From: Armatimonadota bacterium
Lineage (GTDB): Bacteria > Armatimonadota > Zipacnadia > Zipacnadales > UBA5352
Direction of reading: 5' to 3'
DNA: 15,941 bases
Assembly: GCA_034722055.1 (NCBI GenBank)
Contig: JAYENL010000007.1
Coordinates: forward strand, 1-15,941
In this document: piece after piece, positions 1 to 7,517 of the stretch
Position numbering within the stretch: position 1 is the stretch's first letter
How the letters are laid out: every line of letters begins with the position of its first letter
Translations under genes and position numbers: made by a program
Notes under the pieces: generated by a model
Seen by the model: the letters and a program-made list of their open reading frames with translations, nothing else
What the model was told of the DNA's origin: nothing
The model's database searches: none

Positions 1-4
1 CAGC

Positions 5-51
5 GGGCCGACTTCGCGCGCTCCTGAGGAGCGCCCTCAGGCGGCCCCTCC
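5..51 (-). repeat. Family A imperfect palindrome (REP-like), copy 1
   Basis: On the + strand it reads gggccg-acttcg-cgcgctcct-g-aggagcgcc-ctcagg-cggccc-ctcc. It is identical to 15686-15732 over 18 nt (4-21) and 16 nt (36-51), with the same total length and a variable apex. On the minus strand GGAG directly precedes the stem. Confidence 0.85.
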
Positions 52-209
52 ACGGCCAACAGCCCTCCCCAACTTGTGGGTGAACGTAAGCCGTACGACA
101 TGACGGCAACGGGCGGTGACAACGATCGCCACTCTCACGTCGCCCGCACCGCGTGCCCGGTATCCTGCGCGCCGCCGTTGCCCGGCGATACGGCCGATGC
201 AAAAGGGGC

Positions 210-238
210 TTGACAGGGCCGGCGCGCAGTCATACTCT
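210..238 (+). promoter_or_regulatory. Putative sigma70-type promoter for the 287-1261 gene
   Basis: Perfect TTGACA (210-215), 17-nt spacer, TACTCT (233-238, matches TAnnnT). It lies about 50 nt upstream of the ATG, with a short A-run at 201-204. Confidence 0.6.
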
Positions 239-286
239 CAAGGTGCGGTCTCCGGTCCATGCAACCTGCGTCCGGAGGTGCACGCG

Positions 287-1261
287 ATGAAGCTGCGACT
301 GGCCGTGCTGTGCGCCGTCCTGAGCTGCACGCTGGCACGCGCTCAGGGCCTGCTGACCGTCGAGAGCGCCACCTTCGAGGTCATCCCCACCCCGATCGAC
401 CGCCTCACTGGTGACGTCCCGCCTGAGATGCTCCGCGTACAGGTCTCGGCCACGGACGCGAGTCCCGCTGAGGCCATCAAGCTTGACGCCGAGCGTACCG
501 TGCTGGCGTTGGGGATCGGCGAGGAGCCCCTGCACCTGCTGGAGTCATCGCTCGACGCCCAGCGCAATGAGGGCGAGCCGTGGCGCATCACCGCTGAGCT
601 GTGGTTCGACGTGCCGGACCAGGAGCTGATGGAGCAGGCAAACCTGCGGCTGGTCCTCACGCGCCATCGCCTGGAGACGCCGGAGTTCACCTGGGAGCAG
701 GGTGAGGGCTGGCAGTTCCCCCTGACGGCGAGTACCGGCTGGCTGAAGGCGACTGTCACCGGCGTCGGCATTGGGCAGGTCCTCGCCGGGGTGCCGTCCA
801 TCCGTCGGTGGCTGGGCCAGGGCGCGGAGGGCCCGCCGGACGTCGCAGAGGTGGCCGCGACCGTCGGCAAGCCCTCCCTGCTGGGCTTCGTCAACGTGAA
901 GGCCCTCGTCCCGCCGGAGAGCATAGAAGAGATCGTGCTGCTCCTGGGCTCGGGGGACACAGCCATCGCACCCAGTCACGTCTCGCAACAGACGCGAACG
1001 GAACCCGGTATCGCGGACACCGACCTGGAGCTGGCGACGCAGCAGTACCTCTTCGACTACGCCGACAATCTGCAGGCGGACACGGCCGACCAGTTGCCTC
1101 CCGTGACCTCCCTCACCCTCCGCGTGGTGCGAAAGATCCCACTGGAGGAGAGCTGGACGGCCGTTACCGCGCCCCCTGAGCCCGAGGGCGAGCAAGGGGA
1201 GGGCGAGGCGCAACCGGAGAGCGAGCAGCAAGGCGGCGAACAGGCAGAGGGCGGGCAGTAG
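287..1261 (+). CDS. Hypothetical secreted protein with acidic Q/E/G low-complexity C-terminal tail
   Basis: GGAGGTG RBS (274-280) before ATG 287. N-terminus MKLRLAVLCAVLSCTLARA-Q is a typical signal peptide ending in AxA. No family motif recognised. The ORF-track start at 116 runs through the promoter and is not used. Confidence 0.85.
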   Translation: MKLRLAVLCAVLSCTLARAQGLLTVESATFEVIPTPIDRLTGDVPPEMLRVQVSATDASPAEAIKLDAERTVLALGIGEEPLHLLESSLDAQRNEGEPWRITAELWFDVPDQELMEQANLRLVLTRHRLETPEFTWEQGEGWQFPLTASTGWLKATVTGVGIGQVLAGVPSIRRWLGQGAEGPPDVAEVAATVGKPSLLGFVNVKALVPPESIEEIVLLLGSGDTAIAPSHVSQQTRTEPGIADTDLELATQQYLFDYADNLQADTADQLPPVTSLTLRVVRKIPLEESWTAVTAPPEPEGEQGEGEAQPESEQQGGEQAEGGQ

Positions 1262-1277
1262 TCACCCCTTGAGCGGC

Positions 1278-3563
1278 TCAGTCCGCCGGGGCAATGGCGA
1301 CGTCATCCACCCAGACGCGGCCCAGGCGCATGGCCTCATCCGCATAGCCCTGGAGGCCGATCTTGAGGGCGAACTTCCTCGTGTCGAACCAGGTCGTGAA
1401 GGTGGCCTCATAGCGCTGCCACCGGCCGGTGGGCGTGATGCTGCTCAGCTTGCTCCTCAGCAGATGCCGGTTGCCGGCCGCGAAGCCCTCCGACCAGCCC
1501 TGGAACTCCACGGCCACGCTCGGCGCGTCGCTCTTGAGATAGAAGCTGCACCGGTAGGTGGTCTCCGGCTGCACGTCGTAGGCGTCGGTCCCGTGCATAC
1601 CCCCCTCCTCGCTGCCATGGATCAGCGCCACGTTGATCCAGCGGCGGTCGCCATGCATGGGGTGCTCGGGGTTGTGATACCACTCGGTGGCGTGGAGGCA
1701 GGCGCTGTGCCGGCCGGAGTGGGCGTCGTCGGAGACGACCAGCTCCGCGCCCCCGGCGCCGCGGTAGAGTGACCAGCCGACGGGGCTGCCGTCCGCGAGC
1801 TCCTCCACGGAGCCGTTGACCACGCCGTCGGCCAGCGGACGCGGCGTCACCGGCGGCCTGGGGCGAAGCTTATCCGGCGGCTCAAAGCTCACCACGTCCG
1901 ACCGGGCCTCCGCCACCATGGTGGACTTCAGGTGCTGGGTCAGGCGCGGATCCGCGGCGACCTCACCGAGCCGCTCCACGGCGCGCTCCAGCTCATCGAC
2001 CATGCGCTCAGCCGTCCGGCGATTGAAGCGCACCCAGCCTCGCTTCGCCTCGTAGAGGTGCCGCCGGAGGGCGATGAGGTGCTGTTGCACCTCGTTAGCG
2101 GCATCGGGCGCGTCCTCGCCCCAGCACAGGCGCAGGGCGTTGCGGATGGAGCGATGGGGATCGTAGGCGTCGGGGTTCCACATGAAGTCCGCGAAGGTCA
2201 TGATGCCGGGCAGGTAGTGCGGCGTGGCGGTGGCGTTGAGGTGTATGCCCGGCCCGGCCAGCAGCTCGCGCAGCTCCTCGGGGAAGGCGTTCTGATAGGC
2301 GTTGAAGGCGTAGCCGACCCAGTAGGGCTGGAAGTGGGCGTAGATGGTGTTGTCCCACAGGAAGGGCTTGCGGCCGGTCGTCTCGGTCCACTCCCGAAGC
2401 TGGTCCCCGGTGATGTGCCGCGAGCGCACCTGGGGGCCGGTCCAGTAAACCAGGACGTCCTCGGGGATGCTCTGGCACAGCGTCGCCAGACCCTCGCGCG
2501 CCCGGCCATGATACCAGCCAATCATGGGGCAGACAATGATGCCGGTCCGGGGGAACTCCCGCCGCAGAGCCTCATAGACCGCGTTGGTGAGGTGAGCCAT
2601 GTAGCTGCCGGCGTCGTCGAAGCGCGCTCGCTCAGCGTCCGAGAGCCGGTCCCACCTGGCCCAGTCGTTGAAGTCCACCTCCACCCAGCGGAAGCCCAGC
2701 TCCAGGCCCCAGCGCAGCCGCTGCAGGTAGGCCTGCACGTCCTCGGGCCTGGTTGCATCGAGGCGCGGCGGGAAGTAGGGGCACACGAACAGGCCAGGCT
2801 CCAGCACGCCGCCCTCCCGGGCGGTTCGGCCGACGCGCTCGATGACCTGCCGGTACCGGGCCGAGGGCTCCCGCCAGGTGCCGTCGGACTCCCGGTGGTA
2901 CTGCAGCGCGAAGAGGTTGATCTTCCAGCCCTGCAGCAGCTCGGCGTAGCGCGCGACGACGTCGGGGTCGCAGCGCGTGGCGCTGACCTTCACGAGCCGG
3001 AGCCGGAAGGCCGGCCAGTCCGCGATGCGGACGCGAGGCATTTCCACGTCGGCCCAGCCGCGGTGGAGCAACTGCAGCAGCGTCTGGAGGGCGTAGTAGC
3101 AGCCGCGCTCATCCTGCCCCACGCAGGCCACGACGTGCCTGCCCGGCACGCGAATGCACTCCAACAGATAGCCGTCCGGGACGTCCGTGGCATCGGGCAG
3201 GCTGACCGAGCGGCCGTGGAGGAGGCGTCTGAGGCCTGACAGATCGTCGCGGGTGCCGAGCCAGACGATGGTGTCGGCTCGCCCGGCGGCGGCCTCGGCC
3301 GAGAGGACGGGCAGCGCCTCGCCTCCGAGCTCGACCAGCCTGTCATTGAGCTGCCGCACCCCCAAAGCGATAGCGCGAGCCGAGGGCCGGGGCGCGACGA
3401 TGCAGGCGGCCGGAGCGCCATCGTCGATGATGCGCAGCTCGCCGCCGAGGGCCTCCAGCCGCTGAGGCCGGGGCAGCAGGCGGTCGGCGATGCTCTCGCC
3501 CTCCGGTGCAGCGGGGACGAGGCCGAGGACGACAAGCGCGGACAGGCCGGCAAGCGCGTTCAT
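1278..3563 (-). CDS. Secreted GH84-like (beta-N-acetylglucosaminidase/O-GlcNAcase fold) protein: GH20 domain-2-like N-terminus, GH84-like barrel, C-terminal CBM4/9-like domain
   Basis: AGGAG RBS (3576-3580) and hydrophobic leader MNALAGLSALVVLGLVPAA. The segment LLPRPQ...DGYLL...GQDERGCYYALQTLLQL...IADWPAFRLR is typical of the hexosaminidase N-domain. GH84-type motifs: IIVCP, YWTGPQV, RKPFLWDN, TFADFMWNPDAYDP. The C-terminal NGSVE...GW...DAHSG...VWVDDVAI pattern is typical of CBM4/9-like jelly-rolls. Confidence 0.8.
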   Translation of the reverse strand: MNALAGLSALVVLGLVPAAPEGESIADRLLPRPQRLEALGGELRIIDDGAPAACIVAPRPSARAIALGVRQLNDRLVELGGEALPVLSAEAAAGRADTIVWLGTRDDLSGLRRLLHGRSVSLPDATDVPDGYLLECIRVPGRHVVACVGQDERGCYYALQTLLQLLHRGWADVEMPRVRIADWPAFRLRLVKVSATRCDPDVVARYAELLQGWKINLFALQYHRESDGTWREPSARYRQVIERVGRTAREGGVLEPGLFVCPYFPPRLDATRPEDVQAYLQRLRWGLELGFRWVEVDFNDWARWDRLSDAERARFDDAGSYMAHLTNAVYEALRREFPRTGIIVCPMIGWYHGRAREGLATLCQSIPEDVLVYWTGPQVRSRHITGDQLREWTETTGRKPFLWDNTIYAHFQPYWVGYAFNAYQNAFPEELRELLAGPGIHLNATATPHYLPGIMTFADFMWNPDAYDPHRSIRNALRLCWGEDAPDAANEVQQHLIALRRHLYEAKRGWVRFNRRTAERMVDELERAVERLGEVAADPRLTQHLKSTMVAEARSDVVSFEPPDKLRPRPPVTPRPLADGVVNGSVEELADGSPVGWSLYRGAGGAELVVSDDAHSGRHSACLHATEWYHNPEHPMHGDRRWINVALIHGSEEGGMHGTDAYDVQPETTYRCSFYLKSDAPSVAVEFQGWSEGFAAGNRHLLRSKLSSITPTGRWQRYEATFTTWFDTRKFALKIGLQGYADEAMRLGRVWVDDVAIAPAD

Positions 3564-3685
3564 GCCATGGGCACGCTCCTGGAAGCAGGATCTCGGTGTG
3601 GCAGAGCTCGTTTCCGGCCATGGCGCTGCCGGTCCTCTCCGCCACCGACGCAACCGACCGCGGAATCTCGCTGGACGCAGGGCCA

Positions 3686-5884
3686 TCAGGGGCTTTGGTC
3701 CCTCCAGCGATAGCAGTCAACGCCGGGCCTGGCGATCTCCACGAGGGCGCGGCCGGCGAGACAGGTGGCGATGCCGTTGCCCGGCACCTGCAGATAGCGC
3801 CCGCGCTCCTCATCGACCAGCAGGGCGTAGTAGCGGCGTATGGCGTTGGCGATGCGCGGGTCGGGATCGACGTTGTGGTAGTACCACAGCAGCAGGTTGA
3901 CCACTCCGTGGCTGCGGAGCTGATCGCCCGAGCTCTTTTCCGCCCAGCTTCCGTCGGCGTTCTGCGTGCGCACCAGCCACTGTATGTGCGGTCGGACGCG
4001 CTGCACCAGGCGGCGCCGGAACTGCTCGTCATCGATGTAGGTCCAGGCGGCGATGAGGCCCTCGCCGACGTAGGCGGAGGTGTCGTAGGGCCACCGCGTC
4101 CAGACCCAGGCGCGGTCCCTGCCCCCGGGATTCCAGTCCTCGATGCAGTAGGGGATCTGGCCCGGCTCCGCCAGCGGGTCCGGCGGAACGGGGCCGACCA
4201 TGGTATCGAGGAGCCAATCACAGGCCCTGATGGCGATCTGCTTGTGGCGCTCATTGCCCTTCATGTAGTACCAGGCCGCGAAGATCTCTGCGCCGGTCAG
4301 GGCGGTGGCGATGGTGTAGGGCTTGTTGAGGTCCTTGGTGATGTTGCCCTGGTCATCCGTGTGATAGCCGACGCCGACGCTTCCGTCCTCGTGCACGAAG
4401 GGCTTCCCGGTGCTGTCGCCCTCCACCAGCAGCAGGTGCAGGTAGCGCTCGAGCGCAGTGTGGATGCGCGCGCGCTCCTGGGGCGTGGCGAACTTGTAGA
4501 AGTTGATCAGCAGCCCCAGCGCGCTTCCGGTATCCGCGAAGTAGACATCGCCGTAGCCCGTCCCCCAGTAGCCGGCCGGCTTCTGAGCGTCCAGGAGCTT
4601 CCCGGCCCACGTGCGGACGTGCTGCAGGTATCGCCGCTCACCAGTGATCTCATGCAGCGCCAGGAGCGTGCGCTCGTTGTAGCCCTCAACGAAGATGGCC
4701 GGCTGCTCGTTCTCGATGATCCACTCGGCGATCCCGCGCAGGCGCTGGAGGATGGGCTCGGTGCCGATGATCAGCGGACGCTCCTCGGCCAGCATCAGCA
4801 CGCCATTGAGGCGCCTGGCGCCGGCGAGGGGCACGGTGGCCAGTCCCTGGTCGGGGCCCAGGGTCACGGGATCGAACTGCCACACGCGTCCGCGGTCGCT
4901 CCACCGGCCTCCGCCCAGTATGACAGGCTTTCCGCCGGGCAGTATGATCTCGCCGACGACACTCGAGGCAGCGTCCATGCCATGGCCGAATCGCACGCCG
5001 ACCTCGATGGGCTCACCGGGCGTGGGGACGATGGCATCCACCTCCAGACGCTCCACGCACCGCGGCGAGCCGAGTGTGACGTGGCGGAGCGTTGGCTCAC
5101 CGGCGTCTGAACTGCGGTAGATGGCCCGGTACTGGACCCACTCACCGACGGGGCTGGTGATCCTCTCGCCGCTGCGCCCGTAGGGCGGCGACCACTGCGA
5201 CCACCGCCCCGGCCTGCCGCCCTCGTCGGGGGCCGTGCGCGTTTGGAGCTCGACGCTCGCCCCCTCGGGCACGACCGCGTCCCAGGTGATGACACCCATG
5301 TCAGCCACCCGGTCGCAGCGGTGCACCGGCGAGAGGTGGATGGTCGGTGCACCGGCGGCCTCCGGCAGCAGCAGGAGGCTCACCTCGTTCAGGCCCATCC
5401 GGAAGCCGTACTCGGACTCGGTGATGGTGATGCGCACGGCGTCGGTCTCGACGGGAGGAAAGGTGTGCTGGCGCCAGCCAGCCTGCGCGTTGTCCTCGAC
5501 CTCCACCACCGTTTGCCACTCGCCCTCGCTCCAGCAGGCGATGGCGTAGTCCACGCTGCGGTAGTAGCGGGGGTTGTCCTGATGGTAGATGCCGACCCCT
5601 GCCACGCGCCGGGGGCGGTCAAGCTGCACCTCCAGCCAGGCGGACTCCGGGCTGTCGCGCAGCGTCTGCCAGATTCCCTCCGGCTCGGACGTGTCACCGT
5701 CGATGGCCTTGGCCGCCGGCCAGTGGTCTGCTTGCTCGCTGGACGCCACGGCGGTCAGCCCACGAAACGGGAAGGGAGTCGCCCACCTCCATCCGTTGGA
5801 GACCTCCGAGCTCAGGGGGCCGGCATGGCACGGCCACGTTGCCGCAGTCACCAATAGGAAGCACACCGACCAGACTGAGCGCAT
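3686..5884 (-). CDS. Secreted multidomain protein: F5/8 type C (discoidin/CBM32-like) domain, beta-sandwich linkers, C-terminal (alpha/alpha)-barrel (six-hairpin glycosidase-like)
   Basis: AAGGAGG/GAGAGGA RBS; signal peptide MRSVWSVCFLLVTAATWPCHA. Discoidin motifs ASSE...AKAIDGD...W...WLEVQL...VRITIT...LNEV. Helical repeats LHEITGERRYL, LLDAQKPAGYW and LVRTQNADGSW. Confidence 0.75.
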   Translation of the reverse strand: MRSVWSVCFLLVTAATWPCHAGPLSSEVSNGWRWATPFPFRGLTAVASSEQADHWPAAKAIDGDTSEPEGIWQTLRDSPESAWLEVQLDRPRRVAGVGIYHQDNPRYYRSVDYAIACWSEGEWQTVVEVEDNAQAGWRQHTFPPVETDAVRITITESEYGFRMGLNEVSLLLLPEAAGAPTIHLSPVHRCDRVADMGVITWDAVVPEGASVELQTRTAPDEGGRPGRWSQWSPPYGRSGERITSPVGEWVQYRAIYRSSDAGEPTLRHVTLGSPRCVERLEVDAIVPTPGEPIEVGVRFGHGMDAASSVVGEIILPGGKPVILGGGRWSDRGRVWQFDPVTLGPDQGLATVPLAGARRLNGVLMLAEERPLIIGTEPILQRLRGIAEWIIENEQPAIFVEGYNERTLLALHEITGERRYLQHVRTWAGKLLDAQKPAGYWGTGYGDVYFADTGSALGLLINFYKFATPQERARIHTALERYLHLLLVEGDSTGKPFVHEDGSVGVGYHTDDQGNITKDLNKPYTIATALTGAEIFAAWYYMKGNERHKQIAIRACDWLLDTMVGPVPPDPLAEPGQIPYCIEDWNPGGRDRAWVWTRWPYDTSAYVGEGLIAAWTYIDDEQFRRRLVQRVRPHIQWLVRTQNADGSWAEKSSGDQLRSHGVVNLLLWYYHNVDPDPRIANAIRRYYALLVDEERGRYLQVPGNGIATCLAGRALVEIARPGVDCYRWRDQSP

Positions 5885-5911
5885 TGTCGTCCTCTCATCC
5901 TCCTTCGGCGC

Positions 5912-5964
5912 TGTCGGGCTGGAAGCTGAAAGCGCGGCGTGGCGCGCTTTCACCCGCGCCTGAC
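5912..5964. repeat. Family B nested imperfect palindrome, copy 1
   Basis: Reads tgtcgggc-tggaagc-tgaaagcgcg-gcgtgg-cgcgctttca-cccgc-gcctgac, with a perfect 10-bp inner stem (5927-5936/5943-5952). Direct repeat of 7420-7476. Confidence 0.85.
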
Positions 5965-5974
5965 CTCCGCAATC

Positions 5975-7396
5975 TCAGTAGAGACGAACGCGGGCGTAGG
6001 ACACGGTCTGCCGCGCGCCAGCACGATACCCGAGCATCTCGAGTGTTCGGGAGGGTGGCGAGCCGCCGCGCGGTGTCGCGGTGAAGAAGTCCGTCAGTGG
6101 ATGCTGCAACGGGAGTGTGACAGGCTCCGAAGTTCCGGCATCGGGCAGGATCTCCATCACCCGGTTCTCGCTGACCTGCTCGCCGCTCTCGTCGCGTCCG
6201 CGCACGTAGTAACAGATGAACAGGCGGCGGTCGGGGGTCACCTGGAGCCTCGGATTGCCGATCGACGGCGTGACGAGGTCCGAGAGGCCCTCGCCGCCCT
6301 CTGTGAGCGTCTCCCGGTGGGTGATCTCCCCGTCGCGGACCACCGCGTACTTCAGTGCCCATCGGCGCTTGATGTCGGGGAAGAAGCTGTCCCGGAGCCT
6401 CTCGTTGATGGCGTGCTCGGACCAGAAGATGTGCGCACCACCATCCTCGTCCACCCACAGGTCGCCGGGGAACAGCCATCCGCCATCCTCGAAGGTGTTG
6501 CTGATCTCAATCCACTCGCTGAACTCCGCGGAGCCGATGTCGGGCGTCCACGTGTACATCAGCCGGCGCCAGCGGGGCCCCCACTCGCGGCCGGCCCGCT
6601 CCATGGTCCGGACGCGGTCCCACCTGTTGTAGGCCGCGGCGCCGCAGAAGTGCACCGCCCGATCGGTGAGGACGACGGTCGCGTAGTTGCAGCGGGCGCG
6701 CGTGCTATCGTAGGGCGCGATCTCGGTGTGCTCGCGCTCGGGCCATACCAGCTTACCCGTGAGCCACTCGCCGTCCCCGGTCCGCAGCGCCCACTCCGAG
6801 TGAGTGTAGCCCACGTTCTGGAACAGGATGATCTCCCGCCGGGACGGGTCGCAGGTGAAGCTGCGATAGGAGTGCTCCGTGAAGCTCGGCTCACCATCCC
6901 ACCGGGGGAGGATCACCTGGTAGGGGGCGCCAATGTCAGTCGGATCGAAGCTGAGGATCTCCGGCCGCGCCGGGCCGCCGCCCTCATGCTGTGGGTCCTC
7001 AACCAGCGTGGGGTTGGCTGAGAGAAAGAGGGGGCCACCGGGGAACCCGACGAGAGGACACGGCTCCCGTGTCCGATCCTCCTCGGCAACGCGTTGCAGG
7101 TGCCAGTCATCGGCGGTGTGCTCGAACAGCAGCCAGCGGACGTTGTTGAGCGGCTTCGCGCCGGAGAGCGTCTCCAGGCCGCTGGCGAACAGCCTCTCGC
7201 CGATGCGCACGAGGCACGTACAACTTCGGCACCAGAGCGGGTCCGCCCCATTGTCCGCGGGCTCGTAGGTGTAGACGTCCTCCTCTACTTCAACGACGGG
7301 CGCAAGCTCGGACCGAGCGTGCACCGAACCCTCTCCCTGTGCAGCGGGGAGCGTTGTACCGATGCAAACGAGAAGAGTGGCACATCCCACCACCAT
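5975..7396 (-). CDS. Secreted hypothetical beta-strand-rich protein, possibly a BNR/sialidase-like beta-propeller
   Basis: GGAGG RBS before ATG 7396; hydrophobic leader MVVGCATLLVCIGTTLPAA. Trp/Tyr-rich strand-turn repeats (DLWVDEDGGAHIFW, PRLQVTPDRRLFICYY). No clean Asp-box, so the fold call is tentative. Confidence 0.65.
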   Translation of the reverse strand: MVVGCATLLVCIGTTLPAAQGEGSVHARSELAPVVEVEEDVYTYEPADNGADPLWCRSCTCLVRIGERLFASGLETLSGAKPLNNVRWLLFEHTADDWHLQRVAEEDRTREPCPLVGFPGGPLFLSANPTLVEDPQHEGGGPARPEILSFDPTDIGAPYQVILPRWDGEPSFTEHSYRSFTCDPSRREIILFQNVGYTHSEWALRTGDGEWLTGKLVWPEREHTEIAPYDSTRARCNYATVVLTDRAVHFCGAAAYNRWDRVRTMERAGREWGPRWRRLMYTWTPDIGSAEFSEWIEISNTFEDGGWLFPGDLWVDEDGGAHIFWSEHAINERLRDSFFPDIKRRWALKYAVVRDGEITHRETLTEGGEGLSDLVTPSIGNPRLQVTPDRRLFICYYVRGRDESGEQVSENRVMEILPDAGTSEPVTLPLQHPLTDFFTATPRGGSPPSRTLEMLGYRAGARQTVSYARVRLY

Positions 7397-7419
7397 CGTG
7401 ATTCCTCCAGTGAAACGGG

Positions 7420-7476
7420 TGTCAGGCTGGAAGCTGCGAGCGCGCTGTCGCTGCGCGCTTTCACCCGCGCCCGACA
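7420..7476. repeat. Family B nested imperfect palindrome, copy 2
   Basis: Reads tgtcaggc-tggaagc-tgcgagcgcgc-tgtcgct-gcgcgctttca-cccgc-gcccgaca. Shares ggctggaagctg and gcgcgctttcacccgcgcc with copy 1; the loop differs. Confidence 0.85.
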
Positions 7477-7517
7477 AACGCCGTCAGACGGAGGCCGAAC
7501 TGCGCGAGTAATGCGGG

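Noticed and set aside
5..51. Family A or B repeats as a CRISPR array or known riboswitch (glycine, SAH, c-di-GMP-I, T-box)
   Set aside because: Copies are kilobases apart with no spacer periodicity and no cas genes. Only isolated short words (CTCAGG, GAGGAGCGC, GGCAAAC) match, without the remaining consensus or conservation in both copies.
116..286. N-terminal extensions given by the ORF track (starts 116, 3686, 5953, 7477, 12838, 14329, 14113)
   Set aside because: The extensions run through promoters or repeats, while downstream ATGs have better RBSs and, for the secreted proteins, begin with signal peptides.
1272..1281. AGCGGCTCAG shared with 12863-12872, and CCCTGCGTCC shared between ~3673-3682 (minus) and ~14251-14260
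   Set aside because: These are 10-mer GC-rich matches with no flanking similarity, expected by chance in 16 kb.
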